Assembly: GCA_951406725.2 (NCBI GenBank)
Contig: OX597822.1
Coordinates: 27,838,001-27,902,000 of the forward strand
Source of the DNA: Octopus vulgaris
Taxonomy: Eukaryota
Length of the DNA stretch: 64,000 nt
Reading direction: 5' to 3'
Below the pieces are notes generated by a model that was given only the letters and a program-made list of their open reading frames with translations, had not been told where the DNA came from and searched no databases. Made by a program: the position numbers and the translations under genes. Position 1 is the stretch's first letter, and each line of letters opens with the position of its first letter. Below, piece after piece: positions 39,930 through 52,997 of this stretch.

Positions 39930-40097
39930 CATCAAACCCTAAATAATTCCTCTCAACAAATGGTTATGATATTCCCCCACTACTCCTGCTTGTGATCAGA
40001 GATGCACATATTTTCAGTCACTAAGGGATATGCTGAAGTGGTTGAGGTCAATCAACTGACAAGCAAATTTGTGGTATTGAGCAGAATATTTGCTATA
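39930..40097 (-). mobile_element. Element X, old internal fragment
   Basis: Matches 27572-27737. Confidence 0.75.
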
Positions 40098-41076
40098 AAG
40101 ATATATCTGCTTTAGAAACTGTCTGAACTGTAATGGAAAATACGTCGGTTTCAAAACATTGATGTCAAGGTTAAGAAAACAAAGTCTGAAGGGAATGGTT
40201 TTCATTTCCTTTGATTTCTAGATAGATACAAAAGATAAAAAACAAACAAAAATAAATATCCATTACACGTTATAATGAACGAAATAAAAAATTAAAATGT
40301 TGTAAACTGCGGAGATATATAAAATTAATGTTGTACTGCATGGTTATAAAATCTTTTTAAAATTAGGCAGTTGATAGCAATTTGCAACAAGATGTTTCAC
40401 CATGTTTGTCAGTCTCCTAAGTGAGGAGACTCTTGTTTTTGATCCCATTTTGGTCATTAGAAAATAATTATAAGTGCTGCTCTCTTCAGAGAAGACTATT
40501 ATATGAAAGCCTTTACAAATTGTTCAGAATTAATTTCCAATGTTCACTTCTTGTCGCTACATTATCTCTAAATCTCTCAAGTATTTCGCTCAAAGACTTC
40601 ATCCTTGATAAATTAACAGATAGGGACGTTGCGTAATGGAAATGGGGAACCAAAGACGAGATAAATGAAAAATACACAAACACACACACACACAGACACA
40701 CTCACTTGTGCCTGTTTGATTAAGGTACCTGCTTCGCAATCTCACGGTTTCATGTCATAGGCATCAACAGCACGAGACTCTACGAAATTGTCTTCTATGG
40801 TTGCCTCATAGGTCAGTGCCTTTTCACTAAATTCCATATACAAAATCCGCACAAGCCAGTCGTATACATACATACATACATACATACATACATACATACA
40901 TACATACATACATACATACATACATACATACATACATACATACATACATACATACATACATACATACATACATGCATACATATACACACATACACACACA
41001 TACACACACATATATATGGATGGATGGATGGATGGATGAACGGATAGACAGATGGATGGATGAATCGATGGATATA

Positions 41077-41785
41077 TTGGGTTAGCAAGAAAGTAATTCC
41101 GGTATTTTAGTGTGAAATAAAGTCATGTTTTTCATACAAAGACTGAAAGCCGTATGTGATCTAGCGTTGTCATGATGGAACACGATTCCTTTACAATTTG
41201 CCAATTCTAGTCATATTTCTTTCATTGTTTCCTTTAGTTTCATTAGTTATTGACAGTAAACATCTGAATTGATCGTTTGGTTCCTTCGAATCAGCTCAAA
41301 ATATACAACACCTTTGTAATTCCACTAAATTGATAGCATGACCATTTTTGATGCAATTCAGCTTTCGATGCTGGTTCATTACACTTGGACCACGATCGTT
41401 TTCGATTAATTTTATTGTAGAGAATCCCTTTTTCATCACCAGTGCTTACTCGTTTCAAAAAAGGTTAATTTCATTGCGTTTGAGACGCCTATCGCAAATA
41501 TTGATTCGTTGTGTTCAGTGAATCTCTTTTAATTTATGGGGGATTCAAATATCGAGCTTCTTAACGAGTCCAAGGTATTTTATGTGATTTTCAATTGTTG
41601 TGAGTGATACATTTAAACTATCTGCAATCTCTCACGCAATTGTATGACAAACAGATTCAATTAAGGTTTTGATTCTGTCATCATCAATTTCAGTAGCTCG
41701 ACCAGAACGTTGGCCATCATTGAGTGAAAAATCTCCAGAACGGAAATTTTGAAACCATTTCTGACATGTCCGTTCTCCTATGTTC
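41077..41785 (-). pseudogene. Mariner transposon remnant (one TIR + deleted transposase)
   Basis: Minus strand gives ERTCQKWFQNFRSGDFSLNDGQRSGRATEIDDD and PFLKRVSTGDEKGILYNKINRKRSW. TIR ta|ttgggttagcaagaaagtaattccggtattt at 41077. Confidence 0.9.
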
Positions 41786-41989
41786 TTCTAAGATGAACAT
41801 AACAGCGATTAGCATATTCACATTCGAATCTTCCGGGATGAAATGAAAATGAATGTACAAATGATCACTGAAATTCGCTGTTCACGGGGCATGTGATGGC
41901 TTATTATCGTTTGACAGATATCAAAACGGATCGGTTCCTGTTAAGTTCTTTCATATAATATATATATATATAATATATATATATATATA

Positions 41990-42021
41990 TCGACCTTTTG
42001 GCTAAGATCATAGTGTAGTAT
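41990..42021 (+). pseudogene. U2: U2 snRNA 5' fragment (approx. nt 9-39)
   Basis: tcgaccttttggctaagatcatagtgtagtat versus U2 tcggccttttggctaagatca(a)agtgtagtat, including the branch-site pairing sequence GTAGTA. Confidence 0.8.
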
Positions 42022-42035
42022 ATATACATATACAT

Positions 42036-42099
<64 letters not shown>

Positions 42100-42135
42100 C
42101 GTATGCATGTCTATACATAAGTCTAAGTACGTTGG

Positions 42136-42287
42136 GTGTGTGGTAAGTAGCTTGCTTACTAACCACATGGTTCCAGGTTCAGTCCCACTGCGTGGCACTT
42201 TGGGCAAGTGTCTTTTACTATAGCCTCGGGCCGACCAAAGCCTTGTGAATGGATTTGGTATACGGAAATTGAAAGAAGCCCGTCGTA

Positions 42288-42369
<82 letters not shown>

Positions 42370-42592
42370 TGTATATGTTTGTGTGTCTGTCTTTGTCCTC
42401 CAACATCGCTTGATAACAGATGCTAGTGTGTTTACGACCCCGTAACTTAGCGGTTCGGCAAAAAGAGACCGATAGAATAAGTACTAAGCTTACAAAGAAT
42501 AAGTACTGGGGTCGATTTCTCGACTAAAGGCGGTGCTCCAGCATGGTCACAGTCAAATGACTGAAACAAGTAAAAGAGTAAAAGAGTAAAAG
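42136..42592 (+). mobile_element. tRNA-derived SINE type A
   Basis: tRNA-like head, CORE-like ttgggcaagtgtc, internal microsatellite and (gtaaaaga)n tail. Confidence 0.9.
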
Positions 42593-42594
42593 AG

Positions 42595-42625
<31 letters not shown>

Positions 42626-42645
42626 TATGAATTATACAGGTGAAG

Positions 42646-42978
42646 CCACATGGCTCAGAGGATAGAGCGTCGAGCTTACGATCTTGAGGTTTTGAGTTCG
42701 AATCCTGGACCGGACTGCGTGTTGTGTTCTTGGGCAAGACACTTTATTTCACGTTGCTCCAGTTCACTCAGCTGTAGAAATGAGTTGCGACGTCACAGGT
42801 ACCAAGCTGTATCGGCCTTTGCCTTTCCCTTGGATAATACTGGTGGCGTGGAGAGGGGAGGCCGGTATCTATGGGCGACTGGTGGTCCTCCATAAACAAC
42901 CTTGCCCGGACTTGTGTCTGGGAGGGTGACTTTCTAGGTATAATCCAATGGTCAGTCATGACTGAAGGGGGTTTCAGC
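42646..42978 (+). mobile_element. tRNA-derived CORE-type SINE (type D) with 12-bp TSD
   Basis: A-box tggctcagagg, B-box gagttcgaatcc, CORE-like ttgtgttcttgggcaagacactt. TSD atacaggtgaag at 42634-42645 and 42979-42990. Confidence 0.85.
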
Positions 42979-43713
42979 ATACAGGTGAAGTGCGAAGCAT
43001 GAAAAGGAGAGGCTTTTCACGTTTTGCTCTATTATGTTAGTTAATGTACCCCTTACAAAGATTTCCTTTAACATCTGCAAAGTTTAAAACATAGTGGACC
43101 CGTGAATTACCCCGTTGAAACCTATAAACAAATGACAGTATAGTATTCAATAGTATAAAATGCAATAAATGACTTGTTTAGAAACTAGTTTCCGGACTGG
43201 GAATAGACAAAAGTTTCCAAACATTTATTCCACAACATCGATAGTAGTATTTTATTATGTATGAGTAAAAAGAGGTTAATGACCAGCCCTCCGGTCATTC
43301 TGGTGGTGAGACATGGATTGTTCAAATCAATACAATAATATCAGTAGTGAGTCTTGTCCTGGAGCAGTACTAATGAATTGATCAAATAAAACTGTGATAT
43401 CTTGTGTATTGAACGGTTGAAAAATAAATGAGTATTCTTTAACGTTGGAATGAAATGTCAGAAATAAAATATATTGTATTTTTTCTCTTTTTTTCTTTTC
43501 TGTCTGGAAGTCATTATTTTATAGTTTCATTTTATTACATTTTACCGCGCGTTATCTGCGTTTTCTGTTAAATCCTAGGGAGAAAATAGAAATAATTGCT
43601 TGTGGGTGAACAGCATATAAATAGTTTGTAGGTGAATAAAGAAGTGGAGAAAGATGTTGTGGACGAAAGTGAGTGCAAATATATACAAACATATACCGGC
43701 ACGCACGCACAGG

Positions 43714-43754
<41 letters not shown>

Positions 43755-43856
43755 AAATTAAAACGGGAGTGAAAATACACAGAATCAAGTTATTTAAATA
43801 AAATTTAACCGACGATATCATTGATTTCAACTTGTCTACAGAAGTGATGTAATATA

Positions 43857-44090
43857 GGGCGGAGAGCTGGCAGAAACGTTAACACGCCGGGCGAAATGCG
43901 TAGCCGTATTTTGTCTGCCGTTACGTTCTGAGTTCAAATTCCGCCGAGGTCGACTTAGCCTTTCATCCTTTCGGGGTCGATTAAATAAGTACCAGTTACG
44001 CACTGGGGTTGATGTAATCGACTTATTCTCTTTGTCTGTCCTTGTTTGTCCCCTCTATGTTTAGCCCCTTGTGGGCAATAAAGAAATGAA
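43857..44090 (+). mobile_element. SINE type C (Meta-domain-like)
   Basis: Homologous to 12511-12740. Confidence 0.9.
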
Positions 44091-44129
44091 AAAAGAAATA
44101 AGAAGTAATATATAATATTTGTTTGAAAT

Positions 44130-44297
44130 TTTGGGGAGGAGTTGGTCGATTACATCAACTCCAGCGTTCAACTGGTGTTTAATTTATCGATCCCAAAATG
44201 ATGAGACGCCAAGTCGACCTCGACTGTATCGGAGCTCAGAACGCAAAGAAGGGCGAAATGCCGCTAAGCGTTTTGCCCGGCGTGCTAATGTCGCCTT
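44130..44297 (-). mobile_element. SINE type C, diverged inverted copy
   Basis: Reverse complement of 43857-44025 with many substitutions. Confidence 0.7.
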
Positions 44298-44639
44298 AAC
44301 AAACACACACGCACACATACATTCAAATGAAATCGCAAATGAAAATACATAGAATCAAGTTGCCTAAATCACATTTAACGAACGAGATCATTGATTTCAA
44401 GCTTCTACAGAAATAATATGAAATATTAATCAAATACCAGACAAAGAAATATCATCATCTGTTTCTGTTTTTACCTGTTTTATTTGTGTGTTTTAGATGG
44501 TGTTATTTTATTTTTAATATTTTTTTTTATTTATTCATCACAGTTTAGAATCAATCATGCAAAATGTGAAATAATTTTTTTCTTGAGTTTTTCTTATTTT
44601 TCTTGTTACTCTTCTTCATAATCTACTTTTCATTCGTAT

Positions 44640-45040
44640 TAAATTTTCATTACTATTATCATAATGATCATCATCATCATCAACATCATAACAATCATTA
44701 TTAACATCATAAAAATAATAATAATCAGCAGCAGTAGCATCATTATCATCATCATGAGTAGCAGAGGTGCCATCATCATCATCATCATCATCATCATCAT
44801 TGTCCACCCCTTCATCGCCATCATGATTGCCGTCGTCGTCGCCGTCCCCCTCCTCCTCCTCCTCCTCCTCATCATCATCATCATCATCATCATCATCACC
44901 ATTATCATTAACACAATCATCACCACCATTATCCTGTTGTTCTTTTTTCTCCTTCTCCTCCTCCTTCTTCTACTTCTACTACTACTACTATCACTACTAC
45001 TACTATAACTACTACCACTACTACTACTACTACTACTACA

Positions 45041-45096
<56 letters not shown>

Positions 45097-45100
45097 AACA
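44640..45100. repeat. Compound trinucleotide microsatellite (ATC/CTC/CTA)
   Basis: Directly visible. Confidence 0.95.
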
Positions 45101-45781
45101 TATAGTACGGTCTCTTTTTCTCCTACTACATTATCTGATTTCCATCCACTTTAATTTATTCTCTTTCTTCTCTTTCTGCTCCTATTTTATTTGTCTCCTT
45201 CTTCATTATCTTCTTCCTCTCCTGTTTCTTCCGATTCTTTTTCCTCCGCCTCTCCATCTCCTTCCACATATTTCTTCTTCCCATTTGCCCTTCTCACCCA
45301 AATGTTTTTTTTTTTCCGTTTCCATTGTTGACGAATCTTACGCAAACTCTACTACTTTGCTTCTGCTGTAAATTCTGTTGCTGCTTCAAGTTATAAATGC
45401 GTTGAGGGCAACAATCCTCTTAAATATAAAATGAAAAACGCTTTTCAAAAAGTTTCTCATTTATCTCCCCTTCTGTTTCTCTCTTACCCCCTTTCTCTCT
45501 CACTCTTTCATTCTCTCTTTCGCCCTCTCTCTCTCTCACTTTCTCCTCTTTCTTTTTCTTTCGTTCTCTCACTTTTCTATTTTACTCGTTGTCTATGTAC
45601 TCCCTTCCCCCATTTCTGTCTCTATTCTACCTTTTCTCTCTCCTCTCTCTCTCTCATTAAAGATATATCGCAAAGTCTATTTCGATTCTTATATCGTTAC
45701 ATAACTAGCATTGCTTTTGATATCGATGTTGTTGCACAGATTTAATTGTGTATTTTTTCACCAATATTTTTTATAATACAG

Positions 45782-45903
<122 letters not shown>

Positions 45904-45909
45904 GATTGT

Positions 45910-48900
45910 TGTTGTCATTTTTACTTTTAATCTGCATGTTTGTTATAGCCACGGGCCGAGACACACCCAGTGTCTTGGGGCGAGTGAAGGATAAGAGATG
46001 TTACTATATGGCTGAAAGCTTGGGTAGGAAAGGTAGTGAAATATCTTCATCTAGTACAACACAGACATTTAAATGGATAGGGTTTCTCTAAGGATGTGAA
46101 CAGTACTTGTCAGTACTTGGATTTCTCTGAGGCATGGTTCTCCTGGGATCTTATCTAGATGTTTCTGACACCCATTTATTTTATCATACCTAGGGCACTT
46201 ACAATAACAATAACAGGAACAGTTCTCATATTAAGATGCCACTTCTTATGTATTTCCATTTCCAGGTCCTTATATGTACCTAGTTTGTCAAATTCCTTGA
46301 CATATATTTTTATTAGTGGGAACATTTACATCCATTAGTGTACAAGTCTTTACTTCCCTCTCTTTAATAATCATGCCTGGATCGTTCTGTCAGTGTTGAC
46401 TGGAAAATCCCAGAAGATCATAAAAACTTTACCTTCAACAACTGACTCAGGATGATGTTCATACCAGTAAGCAGCAGTGTTGATTTTGTAGTGTTTACAT
46501 ATTTTCCAGTGTAAATACTGCCCTACCCTATTGTGGTGATTTTTATAATCATTTGGTGTCAGAACAGGACATCTCGAGACGAGATGATTAATTGTTTCGT
46601 CAAACGTATTACAGAATCTGCATTTAGGGTCAGAACCATTTTGAAGAACTTTAGCCTGGTAGTCTTTTTGTGAGCAAGCTTTGGTCTTGTGCCGCCAATA
46701 TGAAACCATGAGGCTCTTTTTCTCAATCCTGAACTTCTCGGCCACTGATGGGTTGTTGCTTGATCTACATTAGCATTTGGACTTCGAAGTATATACCGTT
46801 TATGCAGACTTCGAAGTATATACTATCTATGGCTCCATCGCTCCTGAATTTGTTTCTGCCCGTTCTTTTTTGCAGTCTGCTTGATCTCCTTTGCTCGTTT
46901 TGTGGTACTAGTTTCAGATTCTTCCACTATTTCAGGATTAATGCCCAAGTTCCCTTGCGAATTTTCAAGCTTCCTTGACAATCGAATGTGAGATTTTGCT
47001 GCTTTCGTGTTTGCACACGAGTCGCAGCGTCCGGTTCTCTGTACTAGATAAGTACATGTTCATTGCTATTATGGAGGTCTTATAGCACAGTTCTACCTAC
47101 ATCATTCCTCTTCCCTCGTTACTTATAGGTAGGTACAGACGATCAGCATCTGCTTTTGGGTGATGCATGTACTTCTAAGTACTTCTAAGTTAGTATTTTT
47201 CTCGTCTTCTTGTCCAGGCGTTGGAGCTGTGCAAGATTCCAGTTAATGATGTTGAAACTATATTGTACTACTGGAAGTACCAGGGTGTTAATGGCTTCGA
47301 TGCGATATTTAGAGTCGTATTTAGTATAAGTCTTATTCTCCAGTAATATTCTTTTCTTATTTGTTCCTTCATAATAGCATGTTCTATACAATCTCCTTCG
47401 TTAATCCCTAGGTAATTGCATTTTTCTTGTGGGTCAAGCTCCTTGCAAATGTTGCTTTAGCACACTTATCAAGGCCAAAGTCCATCCCGATGTTATTGCT
47501 GAATTCTATAACAGTTGTTAGCAGCCTTACTAGCTCTTCGTCATTTCTAGCAAACAGCTTCAGATCATCCATATAAAACAGATGGTTTATTATCGTATTG
47601 TAAACTTTAAACCCATACCTGGTATTATTTAGTTCGTTTCAGAGCGGAATCAGTGTCATGCAAAAGAGTAATGGGGAGCAGTAGTCACCTTGAAAGATGC
47701 CTCGTTTGATGTTGATGCTGTTAGTTTGGCTCATGTCATTACTATGGTTTAGAAGGAGACGTGTATTCCATTTGGCCATGCTACCTTGTAACAATTTGGA
47801 GATGACAGGCGAGTTCTTACATATTTCAAGGGCCTAGAGTGTCCAGTTATGTGGGGCACTATCAAACGCTTTCCTATATTCCATGCATGCCATACTCAGG
47901 TTCTTCTTTTCGCTCCGGCAATTCTCTACAATAATTTTTCTTATGAGTAATTGGTTTAGGCACCCATAAAAATTCATTTTACAGCGTTTTGGTGATTTTG
48001 GAAGGATAGATCTTTGTTCAAGGAAAGTGTATATTCTGTCAGATAATATGGATTTGAGGATATTTTAGATGGTGTTGACAATGTTATTCGTCGGTATTAC
48101 TTTGGATTTTTTGTCTTCAGTTTTTGGTAGAAGGCATGTTGTTCCTTTAGTCCACCAGGCAGGTATTTGCTTTGGATGAAATCAGTTGGAGATGCAGCTA
48201 AATTTAGCAAGAAGATAGGAATTCGCTCCAGGCCTGGAATTTTCTATTTGTGAGACTTCCTACGAACACATCTTAGCTCTTCTATTCCTATTGCCTTCCA
48301 TTGCTGCTCTTCAACTTCATTCAGTCTCACTCCTTCACGCTCTCGCCAGTCAGCTTTAGCATTATATTCTTTTTTTTTTTTTTACTCATACCTTCTTCCA
48401 GAACTCTTCCATTTCCTCAGTCTTAGGTGGCTTCTTTACTTCTATCTCATTTTTATCAATTTCCCTATAAAAAATTTTTTGCATCCGTTTTGAATATCTT
48501 GTTTTGTCGATAAAATTTGATTCGTTTGTCATACCTTCTAAGCCGTTGGGCTTTCAGTTGTATTCCTTTTTTTACAAATGTTCCTTGGTTGCAAGGAGGT
48601 TTATAAACTTTTATATTTTTTTTATTTTTGCTTGTTTTTTCGAGCTCATTTCGTCTTAACATTTACTCCTCTAGCAAGCTAATCGAGAACTGATGCATCT
48701 GCCCACAGGGATGCCATGTCTTTTTCTATTACTACTTTCTAATTAGGGGCTCTATTGAAATGGTTGGTTCTTTTCAGTGTCGTCCTGATACCTAGTTACA
48801 ACGTTAGCAGATGAATCGATGAGGTTATTTAAGGTTGTTAGGGCATTGCCCTTATTACTTAAGATCTGTCTAAGAGCAACATTGTATATTTGTTGTTTTT

Positions 48901-48950
48901 TTATTCTCTTTGAGAACTTTTCCTGTTGTTCTCCATTGAAGATGCCAGTA
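45910..48950 (-). pseudogene. Long decayed Dong/R4 element
   Basis: Minus-strand remnants LKAQRLRRYDKRIKFYRQNKIF, RKAFDSAPH, GIFQGD, HLFYMDDLKL, AINTLVLPVVQYSF, CRFCNTFDETINHLVSRC and WDFPVNTDRTI, with many stops. The 3' end abuts (CTA)n/(TAA)n. Confidence 0.9.
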
Positions 48951-48954
48951 GACT

Positions 48955-49101
48955 CATTATTTACATTATTTACATTTGGCGAATATTTGTCCTCATCTTG
49001 ATTGTTAACACAACGTTTCGGCTGAAATACCCTCTAGCCTTGATCAGATGTCTTGGGGAAATTTCCTACATGGGTTCTCTTTCCCAAGGTATTTTTCGGT
49101 G

Positions 49102-49105
<4 letters not shown>
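48955..49105 (-). mobile_element. Short element with minimal hammerhead (49007-49052) and (TGTAAATAA)n tail
   Basis: Minus strand: gacat-CTGATCA-a-ggct..agcc-GAAA-cg-TT-gtgtt. It starts right after (TAA)n and ends aatgtaaataatgtaaataatg. Confidence 0.65.
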
Positions 49106-49171
<66 letters not shown>

Positions 49172-49198
49172 TGTTATTATTATTGTTGTTGATGATGA

Positions 49199-49231
<33 letters not shown>

Positions 49232-49309
49232 GAGAGACTTACAAATTTTAATATTTGTATTTTTGAAAACCAGTAAATGTGTTCCACTGAATTTAGGTAA
49301 ATAATACTT

Positions 49310-49580
49310 CGAACAGACGGTCAGTAGCGACACCTACCTGGCTCGGCTGCTCTACATTGATAAGGTGCAAATACCATAAAACCAGTCTGTAGATGCCAAA
49401 CAGGCGAGGGGAAGCGGCTGACCTCCCCTGTCCGAAGGTTATTATGGACATAGGTTAGTGTGTCACGTAGCTAGCTAGAGGCGATGGCCTCTTGGAGCTA
49501 ATCAACGGCAGCTTTAGTCTTATATTTATGGACTGCCATGTTAGCTTGGCGATAACTATTAATATCCAGTACCGCTGCCG
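49310..49580 (+). mobile_element. Diverged family Y copy with decayed hammerhead (49351-49393)
   Basis: tctaca-TTGATAA-ggtg-caaa-tacc-at-AAAA-ccag-TC-tgtaga with a perfect 6-bp stem I. Downstream agctagctagaggcgatggcctcttggagcta matches agccagctagagacgaagatctcttggggcta at 3961-3992. Confidence 0.65.
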
Positions 49581-49620
49581 TAGTCTCTTTTAGAGACACT
49601 TAGAAATATTAATATTTCTC

Positions 49621-49700
<80 letters not shown>

Positions 49701-50109
49701 AATATATATGTATATATATATATATACATGCAAAACATATCTTGTAAAATCTGTTACTTATTCTATCAGTCTCTTTTACGGGGAGATAAGCTCACAAACA
49801 CGGTTTCCAAGCAGTGGTTGTGGGATAAACACAAACACAATGGTACACATACACACACATGCACACACATACACACACACACACACATACATACACATAC
49901 ACATACACACACACACATGTTCCATCTTGCAAATCGACTTACAACGCTTTGGTTGGTTCGAGGTTACAGTAGAAGTCATACACTCAAGGTGCCACACCCT
50001 GCGGCTGAACTCAGAACCATATGACATTTCACGATAGCGGAAGTGGGTTCTTTTAGCAGATGTAATCAACAAGGGCGCAGTACACTATGTATGTATGTAT
50101 GTATGCATG

Positions 50110-50141
<32 letters not shown>

Positions 50142-51047
50142 ACCATTTTACAGACGGAGGTTGTAGAGCGAAAATTCGAAAAGATGCACCTTAGCGCTGA
50201 TTGATTCGGAAGCATTTCATTTGATAAGAAAATACTATATACTGTTGTTCTTGAAAATACTAACGTAAGTAAAATTGAGACACTGTTCCTTCGTGAAGAA
50301 ATGTAGTGGTTGAAGCATAGAATCTCCACAGAAATTATTAGAGCCACTCTAATATTTCTGCATAATTAACTTGAAAATATTCCCTACACAGCAACATGGT
50401 GGAGGGCTACTGTTGTACAACAAAGTGTAGATGGCTACAAGTTTGCGAGGTTTAGGCACACTGAATTTAATCCAATATTTTCGACTTCTTGTTACTCAAT
50501 TACTAATATTTGCATTATAAAGGTTTCTAAAGTGCTAATATTTTCAAACAGTAAATACTAACAAACAAACAAACAAAAAAAGAATTAAAAAAAGAGATTG
50601 GACCAGAAATTTATACTCCACAATAAAATAAATACCCGATACATACAACCAGGAGAAAATTAACGTGTCAGTCATAATCACCACTTTTGCTACTGGTCTA
50701 ATGTGAATGGCAACGAAACGGAGCCAAAATATAAAAATGGAACTTGCAATTCTAGCCGTATTCTATAAGCTCGCAATCGTGTGTATCAGTTACCATAAAC
50801 TTATTTCGTTAGTTTTTAGTAATTTTCACGATTTTCTTTATTTACTACAATTTTTATATATTTCATCAGCTATGTTATAAAATCTACATTTTTGCAATTT
50901 CTGACAGGTCTTATAAATTATAAATTGACATTTGTTAGTGATTGCTTACAAGCGGTAGTCAACAAGAAGACTCATTATACGTATATATACACAGTAGCAG
51001 ATCGCACTCATGTAGACAGACATGTTTGCATGTATGTATAGATATAA

Positions 51048-51098
<51 letters not shown>

Positions 51099-51390
51099 CC
51101 TATGTATATATATACATATATATATGTGTGCGTATATATACATACATATATATATGTGTGTATATATACATACATATATATGTATATGTATATATATACA
51201 TATACATATATATATATATGTATGTGTATATATACATACATATATGTATATGTATATATATACATATATATATATACATATATGTATATATATACATATA
51301 TATACATATATATATGTATATATACATATACACATATATATGTATATATATACATATATATATATATGTGTATATATATACATACGTATA

Positions 51391-51434
<44 letters not shown>

Positions 51435-51490
51435 GCATTTATATACATATGGACACACACGCATATATGGCCATATGTGTGTGTGTGTGT
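51048..51490. repeat. Long degenerate (TA)n/(TG)n/(CA)n microsatellite
   Basis: Directly visible. Confidence 0.95.
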
Positions 51491-51676
51491 TACTGTTCAA
51501 TTAAGGATACACTAACAGAAAACGTACTCCATCCAGTCAGAGATAAAATATCATTTAATATAGTTTCTATAAAGATACGATCTACTGATTGTTTGTTGCA
51601 CCGGACGCGCGAGACTAGTCAGGTTTTTATGGAATACATTGTGTCATAATTCATCCTTTAGTAGAAAAGATTATAC

Positions 51677-51747
<71 letters not shown>

Positions 51748-52021
51748 GATTGAGAGAGCTGTTCATGCTATCAAAGTGACACTGGGGTAAAATATACGAA
51801 GCCCAGTATATCATGTCTACTTTGTCCGATAAGGGTACACAAGGCACATTCATCACAAACATATGTGCGTGGCATATTGATCGCATATCAAGATAAACAG
51901 TGCATAACCTTGTATGTGGGGCCCAGTTAGAATTTTATTCAAATCGAGTGGCTCACCTAGCTCAAATGGTCCTTGATTAAGGGTTGTTTAAGGATGTTGA
52001 ATGAAACACCCATATTTCCAG
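51748..52021 (-). mobile_element. Element X, 5'-truncated
   Basis: Keeps the end next to (TTA)n; homologous to 27283-27560. Confidence 0.85.
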
Positions 52022-52036
52022 TTATATATTGCCAGC

Positions 52037-52103
<67 letters not shown>

Positions 52104-52927
52104 TTGTGTGAAGGTTTCATATTAGCTGCTCAAGACCAAAGCTTATTAACCCGGAAATATCAAGACAATGTGATAAAAAATGGAGCTGACCCAAAATGCC
52201 GATTCTGTAACGATGAGATTGAAACTATAGACCACATAATCTCAGGATGTAGAGCCTTAGCACCTGTAGAATATAAAGCAAGACATGACAGAGACGGCCA
52301 GTATTTACACTGGACAATATGTCAGCATTATAAAATCAAAACCGCTGACAAATGGTATAAGCACCATCCTGAAGCTGTGACTGAAGGAGAAAATGTGTCG
52401 ATTCTATGGGACTTCCCCGTACATACCGACAAAAATATAAAAACTAATAAATCGGATATCATTATAAAAGATTAGACAAAAAGGAGATGTTTATTAATTG
52501 ACATGAGTGTTCCTTGCGATCACAATATAGCGGCGAAGGAATTTGACAAGATCAGTAAATATAAAGACTTGCTAATAGAAATTGAAAAAATGTGGCATCT
52601 CAAGGCAACTACAGTACCAGTGATTGTAGGATCTCTAGGAATGATAAAAAAAGGTACTGAAACCTATTTGAAAATGATACCAGGCTTACCATCCCTACAG
52701 GAAGTTCACAAAACCGTGTTAACTGGAACGGCTCATGTACTAAGAAGAGCATTATTGCTGTGAAAACAACATTCATTCATGAATTTATATATTTATTAAT
52801 CTTTTTAAATGCATATTTTACCTGTGAATATGTGTGTGTAACCTGGGAACGTACACAATGAGCTTCTCTGCTCTAGGTGTACGGAAAACACTCGGCGAGA
52901 AACGGAAGAATATTTGAAGAAAGAAGG
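52104..52927 (+). pseudogene. 5'-truncated Dong/R4 copy (CCHC + RLE + 3' UTR)
   Basis: EGFILAAQDQ...CRFC...RHD..., one in-frame stop at 52473-52475, (TAA)n on both sides. Confidence 0.92.
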
Positions 52928-52946
52928 AATAATAATAATAATAATG

Positions 52947-52996
<50 letters not shown>

Positions 52997-52997
<1 letters not shown>

